The translations under genes and the position numbers were made by a program. From Thermoplasmata archaeon (lineage in GTDB: Archaea > Thermoplasmatota > Thermoplasmata > Methanomassiliicoccales > Methanomethylophilaceae): a DNA stretch of 64,000 bases. The notes beneath the pieces were generated by a model. It saw only the letters and a program-made list of their open reading frames with translations. It did not search any database and was not told where the DNA came from. Each line of letters begins with the position of its first letter. The first letter of the stretch is position 1. The stretch covers positions 2,937 through 66,936 of the forward strand of contig SUSX01000001.1 in assembly GCA_015063195.1 (NCBI GenBank), given 5' to 3'. This document shows, in pieces, positions 56,241 to 64,000 of the stretch.

Positions 56241-57839
56241 ATGAAAGGGGACAACCTATCACGCAAAGTCACACCTGAAGTAATTTTGAGCCTTCAGGAT
56301 ATTGTCGGAAAGGACAACGTAAATACAAACGAAATGGACAGGATGCTTTACGGACACGATCTCGCACCTCTTCCCAAGGAGGCAGGACTTGCATTCAAGA
56401 ACATGCCCGATGTAATTGTCAGGCCCAGCAATGCAGCACAGGTCTCTGAGATCGTCAAGATTGCATACAAGAACGGTATCGCCGTTGTTCCCCGCGGAAA
56501 CTCCACATGGGGTCTTGGCGGATCCATGCCTACCGCAGGCGGAATCCTCCTCGACATGGCCGCAAAGATGAACGAAATCATTGAGATCGACACTGTCAAT
56601 ATGTCCGCAAGGGTACAGGCAGGATGCACATGGAAGAAAGTTCTTGATGCATGTGAAAAGGAAGGATTCCTCGTTGGATCTTACCCCTCAAGCTTCCCCT
56701 CAGCAACAGTCGGTGCATGGTTCTCAACCGGTGGAATCGGAATCGGCGGATACAAGTACGGAAGTGCAAAGGATAACTGCCTTAACCTTCAGGTTGCACT
56801 TTCAAACGGTGACCTTATCGAGACTGGATACGACAAGATCGCATCAAACATGTCCGGATACAACCTCACACAGCTCTTCGGAGGAGCAGAGGGAACACTC
56901 GGAGTCATCACAGAAGTTACACTCAGGATTTACCCCAGGGGTATTGTTAAACCCATCGCCTACGAGTTCGCATCACTCAGGGACATGGGAGAACCCATCA
57001 ACAAGATCGTCAACCACGCAAGTCTTAAGCCCCTTCACATTGCATGGTCAGATTACAACCACTTCGAGAACCAGAGGAAAGCAGGACTTCACGCACCTGA
57101 AGTCAAGAACGTCTTCCTCGTCACACTCCAGGGAGACGAAGAATTCGTCGCACTCGAGGAGAAGGTCCTTGATGCAATTGTTGAGGAATGTGGCGGAAAG
57201 AAACTTTCCTACGACATCGCAGAGCACGAGTGGGAAGAGCGCTGCTACGAGTTCAGGGCACGTAAGACCGGTGTAGGATCAATTCCTGCAGAGGTTGTTG
57301 TTACAAACGAGAACTGGGCAAAGTTCGTTGATGAGTGTTATGAAGGATACAAGGCAATGAAGATGGAAGCAGGCGGAATCATCGGTATGGTTGCAGACCG
57401 CAGCACATCAATGTTTATGCCCTACTACTTCAAGGACGACGAGTCACTCCTCGGAATGACTGCATTCTCCTACAACTTCTACATGGGAGACAGGGCAGCA
57501 GAGTACGGCGGACGTTCACTCGGACTCGGAGTATTCTTTGCATCCAACCTCGATTCAATCCACGATGAGGGATGCGTCTCACTCATGAGGGACCTCAAGA
57601 CATTCCTTGACCCCCACGATGTCATCAACCCCGGACACCTCGTCTGCGGAAAGACAAAGTTCGGAATTGCACTTGACAAGAACATCATGGGAATTGCAGG
57701 AAAACTCATGCAGTCTGTTAAGAAAGTCCTCCCTGAGAACAAGACTTTCGCACAGAACAGCAAGAGGTTCCACTACGACGACATGGAAGAGGAAAAGGAT
57801 CACTCCCGTGAAGTCGAGTACGGCGTAGGAACCCAGTAA
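56241..57839 (+). CDS. FAD-linked oxidase (GlcD/D-lactate dehydrogenase-like, FAD_binding_4 fold)
   Basis: VVPRGNSTWGLGG and GTLGVITE motifs; 532 aa. Confidence 0.8.
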   Translation: MKGDNLSRKVTPEVILSLQDIVGKDNVNTNEMDRMLYGHDLAPLPKEAGLAFKNMPDVIVRPSNAAQVSEIVKIAYKNGIAVVPRGNSTWGLGGSMPTAGGILLDMAAKMNEIIEIDTVNMSARVQAGCTWKKVLDACEKEGFLVGSYPSSFPSATVGAWFSTGGIGIGGYKYGSAKDNCLNLQVALSNGDLIETGYDKIASNMSGYNLTQLFGGAEGTLGVITEVTLRIYPRGIVKPIAYEFASLRDMGEPINKIVNHASLKPLHIAWSDYNHFENQRKAGLHAPEVKNVFLVTLQGDEEFVALEEKVLDAIVEECGGKKLSYDIAEHEWEERCYEFRARKTGVGSIPAEVVVTNENWAKFVDECYEGYKAMKMEAGGIIGMVADRSTSMFMPYYFKDDESLLGMTAFSYNFYMGDRAAEYGGRSLGLGVFFASNLDSIHDEGCVSLMRDLKTFLDPHDVINPGHLVCGKTKFGIALDKNIMGIAGKLMQSVKKVLPENKTFAQNSKRFHYDDMEEEKDHSREVEYGVGTQ

Positions 57840-57846
57840 ACGTATT

Positions 57847-57866
57847 AGGGGCTTCGGCCCCTTTTT
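57847..57866 (+). terminator. Hairpin plus T5 after the FAD oxidase gene
   Basis: AGGGGC-TTCG-GCCCCT followed by TTTT. Confidence 0.6.
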
Positions 57867-57916
57867 ACATTATCAACTTTCAATAATCTTTTGATGTTTC
57901 AGATTGTTTATTCTGA

Positions 57917-57956
57917 GTTGATTAGTCAACTTTTTATATATGGTTGATTAGTCAAC
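57917..57956. promoter_or_regulatory. Two identical pseudo-palindromic boxes flanking a TATA box: candidate MarR operator pair
   Basis: GTTGATTAGTCAAC at 57917-57930 and 57943-57956, with TTTTTATATAT between them. The ATG at 57961 implies a near-leaderless mRNA. Confidence 0.55.
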
Positions 57957-57960
57957 TCGT

Positions 57961-58395
57961 ATGGATGAAGACATCTGCGGGCATTACTATCCGCGGGCAA
58001 TGATAGAATATCTGAATCGGATAATCGATCAGGAACTTAATGATAAAAGTATACAGCCTTCCTGGGGGCCGTTCATCAAGGCCATAAAGGCTCATGAGGG
58101 GCTGTCACTTAAGGATCTGTCATCTATAATCATGGTTGATAAGTCTCTGTCCACAAGGACAGTTAGAACATTGATTGAAAACGGATATGTGGAGAATAGG
58201 TCCGAGGTAGACAGAAAATACAATCTGTATCTTACGGAAAAAGGAAAGGATCTGTCAATCCGTATGGAATCAGCATTCAATAAGGCATGGGCTGAATTGT
58301 TCAGTGATTTGAATGATGATGAGAAGACAGTTCTAAGGATTATCAGCAAAAAAATCTACAACAGGATCAAAGGCGGTGATGTCCTATCATCCTGA
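57961..58395 (+). CDS. MarR-family transcriptional regulator
   Basis: Winged-helix core LSLKDLSSIIMVDKSLSTRTVRTLIENGYV...DRKYNLYLTEKG. Confidence 0.85.
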   Translation: MDEDICGHYYPRAMIEYLNRIIDQELNDKSIQPSWGPFIKAIKAHEGLSLKDLSSIIMVDKSLSTRTVRTLIENGYVENRSEVDRKYNLYLTEKGKDLSIRMESAFNKAWAELFSDLNDDEKTVLRIISKKIYNRIKGGDVLSS

Positions 58396-58418
58396 AGTAT
58401 CTGAGAAAAATCGATTGG

Positions 58419-60137
58419 TTGCTGATATGTGTAGCAGCTGTTTTCATTTTTATTCAGGTGTTTTTCGATCTCAAGATCCCGGAATACATGTCCTCAATCA
58501 CCACTATCCTCACCACGGGAGGAAGTTCTTCTGAGATCATGGAAGAAGGGTGGCTGATGTTGGGTTGCGCCTTGGGAAGCCTGATTGCTGCCATAGCTAC
58601 AGGGGGAATCTGTGCATACATCGCAGCGTCCTTTTCAAAAACTGTACGTGAGAAACAGTATGATAAAGTGGAACAGTTCTCTCTGAATGAGATCAATAAA
58701 TTCTCAACATCAAGTCTTATTACTCGTTCGACTAACGATATTGTTCAGGTTCAGATGGCAATAGCGATGGGACTGCAGATAGTGATCAAAGCTCCTATCA
58801 CTGCAATATGGGCTCTGCATAAGATAATTGATAAGAACTGGGAATGGACACTTTTAACAGCCGTATCTGTCGTAGTGTTGGTGGCAGTTATTGTATTGAT
58901 AATGTATCTCGTAATTCCGAAGTTCAGGAAGATACAGTGGCTTACGGATGATGTCAACAGAGTCTCCAAGGAGAATCTTGACGGAATGCGTGTTGTACGT
59001 GCATATAATGCCGAAGGCTATCAGGAATCCAAATTTGAGGCTGCCAATACCAACCTTACAGATGTAGGGCTGTATACGACACGTATCCTTTCAGTACTGT
59101 CGCCGGTGATGTCAATCGTCATGAACGGTCTGTCTCTCGGGATATATTGGTTAGGTGCATACATAATAATGGATTCGGTAAACCCTCTGGTAAGGGTTGA
59201 GGAATTCTCCAACATGATTGTGTTCTCCTCCTATGCGATGCAGGTCATAATGTCTTTCATGATGATGATCATGATCTTCATGATAATCCCGCGTGCTGCA
59301 GTGGCTGCAAGGCGTATTGAAGAAGTCATCAATACAGAGCCGACCATATTGGACGGAGATGTTGTTGAAACGGATCCTGAACTGAACGGTACCATATCCT
59401 TCAGAAATGTATGTTTCAGATATTCAGACAACAGTGGAGATGTACTCTCAGATATCAACTTCGATGTCAGAAAAGGCGAAGTCGTGGCATTCATTGGTTC
59501 TACAGGATGCGGAAAGAGTACTCTTGTAAATCTGATCCCACGTTTCTATGATGTCACATGTGGACAGGTACTTGTGGACGGTGTGGATGTCCGTGATTAC
59601 AGACAGGATGTCCTTCACAGTAAAATCGGGTACGTCCCTCAGAAATCAGTTCTTCTTTCGGGAACAGTGGAGTCCAACATAAGGTATGGGGAAATGTACC
59701 AGGACAGAACACTGGATGATGTGAAAGCCGCACTTTCAATAGCACAGGGAAAGGATTTCGTTGAGAAGATGGAGGGGCAGTATGAAGCCCATGTCTCGGA
59801 AGGCGGAACAAATCTTTCAGGAGGACAGAAACAGCGTGTATCTATCGCACGTGCTGTATGTAAGAGGCCGGAGATTTACATCTTCGACGATTCATTTTCA
59901 GCGCTCGATTACAAAACGGATCGTATCCTGAGGAAAGCTCTCAGGGAGGAGACGGAAGGTGTCACGACACTTATTGTCGCACAGAGGATCGGTACGGTCA
60001 TCGATGCAGACAAGATCATTGTTCTGGATGACGGGAAGATAGTCGGAATCGGAAAACACTCAGAGTTGTTGGAGACATGTTCTGTGTACAAGGACATTGC
60101 ATTGTCCCAATTATCTGAAGAGGAGTTGAGACATTGA
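58419..60137 (+). CDS. ABC transporter permease/ATPase fusion (type I exporter half-transporter)
   Basis: Six-TM N-terminal region, GSTGCGKST, LSGGQKQR, IFDDSFSALD. The true start may lie upstream: the frame is open from 58380 (..LKYLRKIDW) but has no ATG or GTG there. Confidence 0.85.
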   Translation: MLICVAAVFIFIQVFFDLKIPEYMSSITTILTTGGSSSEIMEEGWLMLGCALGSLIAAIATGGICAYIAASFSKTVREKQYDKVEQFSLNEINKFSTSSLITRSTNDIVQVQMAIAMGLQIVIKAPITAIWALHKIIDKNWEWTLLTAVSVVVLVAVIVLIMYLVIPKFRKIQWLTDDVNRVSKENLDGMRVVRAYNAEGYQESKFEAANTNLTDVGLYTTRILSVLSPVMSIVMNGLSLGIYWLGAYIIMDSVNPLVRVEEFSNMIVFSSYAMQVIMSFMMMIMIFMIIPRAAVAARRIEEVINTEPTILDGDVVETDPELNGTISFRNVCFRYSDNSGDVLSDINFDVRKGEVVAFIGSTGCGKSTLVNLIPRFYDVTCGQVLVDGVDVRDYRQDVLHSKIGYVPQKSVLLSGTVESNIRYGEMYQDRTLDDVKAALSIAQGKDFVEKMEGQYEAHVSEGGTNLSGGQKQRVSIARAVCKRPEIYIFDDSFSALDYKTDRILRKALREETEGVTTLIVAQRIGTVIDADKIIVLDDGKIVGIGKHSELLETCSVYKDIALSQLSEEELRH

Positions 60138-61936
60138 GTCCGCCTCGCAGACGTGGCCCTCCTATGGGAGGTCCCAAGGATAAACCGAAAGAGTTCGTCA
60201 ACTCATGGAAGAAGCTGATCAATTACCTTAACAGATACAAGAAAGCTTTGTTATTGGCAATTATACTTTCGACTGCATCTACCATCATCACGCTCATAGG
60301 GCCCGATAAACTTAGTGAGATGACAGATCTTATTCAGGTAGGGCTCACGGGTGCACCCATAGACATTGAGGCCGTAGGGCGTATTGCAGTGTTCTTACTG
60401 ACGATATATGTCATCGGTGCGATACTGAACTTCATTCAGGGATATGTGATGGCTACTGTTTCTCAGAAGACGTCATACAATCTCCGTAGGGACATATCCC
60501 ATAAGATTAACCGCCTGCCCCTTGGATATTTCGACAGATCTTCTACGGGAGATACGATGAGCCGTATCACCAACGATGTGGATACGATCGGACATTCGAT
60601 GAATCAGACAATCAGTATGTTCATCAGTTCAGTTACATTGTTAGTCGGTTCGGCTGTAATGATGGCTGTGAACGATGTGGTGATGATGGTAACTGCTGTC
60701 CTCTCATCAATCATCGGTTTCCTGCTGATGGGCGTGATCATGTCCAGGTCACAGAAGTACTTCAGCATACAGCAGGAGAATCTGGGTAATATGAACGGTC
60801 ATGTTGCTGAGATTTACTCCTCCCATAACATAGTCAAGGCATACAACGGGCAGAAAAATGCCAAAGTAAAATTCGACAGGATCAACAATGATCTGGCATC
60901 AAGCGCATTCAAGTCACAGTTTATGGGCGGTCTCATGATGCCTCTGATGGGTTTCGTCGGTAACTTCGGTTATGTGATGGTATGTATCGTAGGTTCAATA
61001 CTGGTACTTGAAGGTCAGATTACTATCGGTACGATTGTTGCATTCTTGATATATGTGCGTCTGTTCACACAGCCCCTGTCCCAGATATCTCAGGCGGTTG
61101 TAGGTATGCAGAGTGTAGCTGCAGCATCGGAACGTGTCTTCGAATTCCTGGGGGAGAAGGAGATGGAGGACGAGTCCGATAAAGTGAAGGAACTGACCGA
61201 TGTGAAAGGACATGTGGAATTCAGGAACGTTACCTTCAGTTATGTTCCCGGAAAGGAAATTATTCATAATTTCTCAGCAAATCTAAAGCCGGGTCAGAAA
61301 GTAGCAATTGTCGGCCCTACCGGGGCAGGAAAAACAACAATAGTCAATCTTCTGATGAGGTTCTATGAATTGGACAGCGGAGATATACTGATAGACGGTG
61401 TATCCACGAAGGACGTCAAAAGGGAGAATGTCCATGATCAGTTCTGTATGGTTCTTCAGGACAGTTGGATATTTGAAGGTACGATTAGAGAAAACATCGT
61501 TTACAGCAGAGAGAATGTTTCTGATCAGGAAGTGGAGGATGCATGCCGTGCAGTCGGACTTCATCATTTCATATCCACGTTGGAAGACGGATATGATACG
61601 GTATTAGCTGACAATGCTACACTTTCAGTAGGTCAGAAACAACAGCTGACCATTGCACGTGCCATCATTGACAGGTCTCCTCTGCTTATATTGGATGAAG
61701 CCACCAGTTCTGTCGATACAAGGACAGAGAAGATAATTCAGGATGCCATGGACTCACTGTCACAGGGACGTACATCTTTCGTGATTGCACACCGTTTATC
61801 TACAATCAGAAATTCGGATCTGATTCTTGTGATGAAGGACGGAAGACTCATAGAACAGGGTAACCACGATGAGCTATTGGCACAGGGCGGATTCTACAGT
61901 GAGCTGTACAACAGTCAGTTTGAGGAAACAGACTGA
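60134..61936 (+). CDS. ABC transporter permease/ATPase fusion (partner half-transporter)
   Basis: GPTGAGKTT, LSVGQKQQ, ILDEATSSVD. 4-nt overlap with the upstream half-transporter. Confidence 0.85.
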   Translation: MSPPRRRGPPMGGPKDKPKEFVNSWKKLINYLNRYKKALLLAIILSTASTIITLIGPDKLSEMTDLIQVGLTGAPIDIEAVGRIAVFLLTIYVIGAILNFIQGYVMATVSQKTSYNLRRDISHKINRLPLGYFDRSSTGDTMSRITNDVDTIGHSMNQTISMFISSVTLLVGSAVMMAVNDVVMMVTAVLSSIIGFLLMGVIMSRSQKYFSIQQENLGNMNGHVAEIYSSHNIVKAYNGQKNAKVKFDRINNDLASSAFKSQFMGGLMMPLMGFVGNFGYVMVCIVGSILVLEGQITIGTIVAFLIYVRLFTQPLSQISQAVVGMQSVAAASERVFEFLGEKEMEDESDKVKELTDVKGHVEFRNVTFSYVPGKEIIHNFSANLKPGQKVAIVGPTGAGKTTIVNLLMRFYELDSGDILIDGVSTKDVKRENVHDQFCMVLQDSWIFEGTIRENIVYSRENVSDQEVEDACRAVGLHHFISTLEDGYDTVLADNATLSVGQKQQLTIARAIIDRSPLLILDEATSSVDTRTEKIIQDAMDSLSQGRTSFVIAHRLSTIRNSDLILVMKDGRLIEQGNHDELLAQGGFYSELYNSQFEETD

Positions 61937-61960
61937 TTAAAACCATTAAACAGAGGCATT

Positions 61961-62641
61961 TCAGAGTAATTTACCCAACTCTGAGACGTCCTCAAATATT
62001 ATCATTTCTTTGTCAATTTTGTACCAATCGTCTCTGTTGAGAGTACCTGTCAATACGCCTATGAATCCTGCACCGGAATCTCTGGCACAATAGTAATCAA
62101 ATGTATGGTCACCGAAGAACAGGATTTCTTCAGGTTTCACGCCTATATCATCTGCAATGTGTTTCATCGCTATCGGAGCAGGTTTGGCCTCCTCCTCAGG
62201 ATAATCATCTCTTGCAACGATGCTGTCAAGAATGTCATGGACTTCGCAGATTTTCAGTGCGGTTTCAGCATACTCTCTGCATCCACGTGTCAGTACTCCG
62301 ATTTTGTACCCCTGATTTTTGAGATCACAGAGTATATCGATGATCCCGGGAACGGGTTTTGCCTCATCAACGAATTCCATTTCCACATCTCTCGCAAGAT
62401 TGGCGATTTTTCCCTGGATAGTATACAGTTCAGCGGATCTTCCGTTATCTATCAGCCATTTACATCCGCCTTCTATGTTGAATTTGTATCCTTCATTTCT
62501 GTCGATGGCGGATTCCGGGACACCGAGTTCTTCGAATACATCGAAAACGAGATTGGCCATTTTTACATAATCTACCTTTGTAAGCAGCAGGGTCCCGTCC
62601 ATATCGAAACATACTGCACGGTATCTCGGATCAAGAGGCAT
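61961..62641 (-). CDS. HAD-superfamily hydrolase
   Basis: Motif I CFDMDGTL, motif II LTRG, and C-terminal GDHTFD. Confidence 0.8.
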   Translation of the reverse strand: MPLDPRYRAVCFDMDGTLLLTKVDYVKMANLVFDVFEELGVPESAIDRNEGYKFNIEGGCKWLIDNGRSAELYTIQGKIANLARDVEMEFVDEAKPVPGIIDILCDLKNQGYKIGVLTRGCREYAETALKICEVHDILDSIVARDDYPEEEAKPAPIAMKHIADDIGVKPEEILFFGDHTFDYYCARDSGAGFIGVLTGTLNRDDWYKIDKEMIIFEDVSELGKLL

Positions 62642-62688
62642 AACAGGTAATTAAAAATCTAATTCATATGGATTTCTTAGAAATAAGA

Positions 62689-62991
62689 TGTCAGGTGATG
62701 GGAGTAGCCCCCCTTCTGTTTTAGGCGGCATTCAACTACGCACCCTACCCGCCGGATGTCGAGCACTTAACCCGGCTGTTTGGGCTTGCTCCGATGGGGA
62801 GTCGCCGTTTCACCAAATCTCCGGGAATGTCATTACCGTGTAAATCATCCTATTTACCGGAGCTGTGTCGTTTCTGTGCCCTTGCCTGAGCTCTCGCCCA
62901 GCCTGATTTCCAGACCCATCTTGCTCGTGGAGGAGGGAACTTCCTCAGCTGGATCAAAGTCCTACCGTCGGCCGCCCTCCATCTCCTGACA
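62689..62991 (-). ncRNA. rnpB: RNase P RNA (archaeal type A-like, ~300 nt)
   Basis: The reverse complement contains P4-5' GAGGAAGTTCCCTCCTCCACGAGCA, GGCACAGAAACGAC, GGTGAAACGGCG, and P4-3'/CR-V ACAGAAGGGGGGCTAC. The ends pair as P1 (TGTCAGGAGATGGAG / CTCCCATCACCTGACA). TAATTAAA lies ~25 nt upstream. Confidence 0.75.
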
Positions 62992-63011
62992 TCTGGTCGA
63001 TGGGCTTCTCG

Positions 63012-63019
63012 TTTAATTA
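63012..63019 (-). promoter_or_regulatory. TATA-like box for RNase P RNA
   Basis: TAATTAAA on the minus strand, ~21-28 nt upstream of the predicted P1 5' end. Confidence 0.35.
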
Positions 63020-63150
63020 GATGTCGAAAGTACATATTGCAGAGCTCGTATTTTTTCGATCTAAAATGATGGCGATTCAGTCAATTTTTTAGTGAAATAT
63101 AGTAAAAATACACTTAAAATTCATCATGAACAAAAATTCCAAACCAAACC

Positions 63151-63158
63151 TTTATTAA
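63151..63158 (+). promoter_or_regulatory. TATA-like box upstream of tRNA-Leu(GAG)
   Basis: TTTATTAA lies 26-33 nt upstream of the tRNA 5' end. Confidence 0.4.
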
Positions 63159-63183
63159 GGATTTGTATATTCCAAGTCTTACT

Positions 63184-63267
63184 GCAAGGGTAGTCAAGCC
63201 TGGCCAACGACGCAAGGTTGAGGGCCTTGTCCTTAGTGGTCCGTGGGTTCAAATCCCATCCCTTGCA
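63184..63267 (+). tRNA. tRNA-Leu (anticodon GAG)
   Basis: Acceptor GCAAGGG/CCCTTGC, anticodon stem CAAGG/CCTTG with loop TTGAGGG, long variable arm, T-loop GGTTCAAATCC. Confidence 0.85.
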
Positions 63268-63387
63268 CTATTCTTTTCCAACATTCTTGTGATGGCAACG
63301 TTATATCATTTTTGATTATGGTTGACAAAATATGAGATTTTTCCTGAATCTGAGTTTCACTCAAATTCCAGGAAGTTAATTTAGAAA

Positions 63388-64000
63388 TCAGAAATCGAGT
63401 TTTCTTTTGACTTCCAGTGCTTTATCGTCAAAATCATACTCAGACAGTTTTTCGCAAATCTTATCTGCCTGATCCAATGGAACCTCGATGAAAGACAGAT
63501 TCTCACCCATGATAATCTTGCCGATGGATTTTCTCGGTAAATCTGAACAATCCTGAACGAATTCCAGAAGCTCCTGTTTGGTTATATCGTCGGATACACC
63601 GATGTTTATGGAAACGGAAGTGAATTTGATCTTCTTTTCCTGAGGCTTTTTCTGAGAGCCCTTCTTAGCGGCCGTTTTTTCCTTAGGGGCTTGAGAGGCT
63701 TCACGTCTTTCCAGTTTTCCGAGATCCAAAATATCGATTTTCTTGTCTATGGATTTCATGATGCGTTCAATATCTTTGATTTCATCTTCGAGAACGAATG
63801 TGACTGCCATTCCCTTCTTGTCTGCTCTTCCTGTACGTCCGATGCGGTGTACGTAGGTTTCAGGGTCTGTCATGTCGTAGTTCACTACAAGCCCGACATC
63901 ATCGATATCAAGGCCTCTTGCAGCAACGTCAGTGGCAATCAGTACATTGATCGTACCTTTTCTGAATCCGTCGAATATCTTCTCTCTTTTGGCCTGTGGA
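63388..64000 (-). CDS. DEAD-box RNA helicase, C-terminal part with a DbpA-like RNA-binding tail (5' end outside the window)
   Basis: Motif [11 protein letters not shown]. The upstream frame stays open to the window edge (..[27 protein letters not shown]). K/E-rich linker and C-terminal RRM-like domain. Confidence 0.85.
   Translation of the reverse strand, partial: PQAKREKIFDGFRKGTINVLIATDVAARGLDIDDVGLVVNYDMTDPETYVHRIGRTGRADKKGMAVTFVLEDEIKDIERIMKSIDKKIDILDLGKLERREASQAPKEKTAAKKGSQKKPQEKKIKFTSVSINIGVSDDITKQELLEFVQDCSDLPRKSIGKIIMGENLSFIEVPLDQADKICEKLSEYDFDDKALEVKRKLDF

Noticed and set aside
62780-63035. ORFs 62780-62989(+) and 62850-63035(-).
   Set aside because: They lie inside the region that folds and reads as RNase P RNA. 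Their translations are R/P/S-rich.
1-64000. CRISPR arrays, transposases or IS elements, integrases, and toxin-antitoxin pairs.
   Set aside because: No regularly spaced direct repeats and no DDE, tyrosine-recombinase or serine-recombinase motifs were seen in any supplied translation. The only transposase-like hint is a short N-terminal motif in the HyuA-like protein, reported as a finding.

Overview
This is an archaeal chromosomal window. It best fits a Methanomassiliicoccales-type (Thermoplasmatota) methylotrophic methanogen; that placement is inference from gene content, not a database hit. It opens with the last ~370 nt of a 23S rRNA, followed by a terminator-like hairpin and no 5S rRNA.

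Most of the window is densely packed housekeeping genes:
- Translation and transcription: uS13-uS4-uS11-RNAP subunit D, uL16/L10e, SerS, MetAP, TsaC/YrdC, Dph2, RtcB, Rpp21, a type-A RNase P RNA, and three tRNAs (Leu-CAA, His-GUG, Leu-GAG).
- Replication and repair: PolD large subunit, a RecJ-like DHH nuclease, an RNase-H-fold exonuclease and a metallophosphoesterase.
- Lipid synthesis: a Tes-like radical-SAM enzyme, a 55-aa ferredoxin absent from the ORF track, geranylgeranyl reductase and mevalonate kinase.
- preQ0/archaeosine synthesis: queD-queC-queE.
- Fe-S assembly: SufC, SufB, Mrp/NBP35 and a NifX-like protein.

Two methanogenesis-specific modules stand out:
- An eight-gene, translationally coupled module: atwA(A2)-mcrC-like-mmp3-mmp6-mmp5-mmp15-mmp17-mmp7.
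- A corrinoid protein, an orphan hydantoinase-A-like ATPase and an MtaA/MtbA-like methyltransferase, with no recognisable substrate:corrinoid methyltransferase nearby.

Other items worth follow-up:
- A 1340-aa protein with a class-III (pilin-like) signal and a lamin-tail domain.
- Strong avoidance of TAG stop codons (3 of about 68 genes).
- Two lower-GC patches: a small Cys protein plus HD protein, and a MarR plus heterodimeric ABC exporter with duplicated operator sites.
- Several perfect palindromes in promoter regions.

No CRISPR array, transposase, integrase or obvious prophage was seen. All functional calls come from motifs read in the supplied translations. No searches were run.
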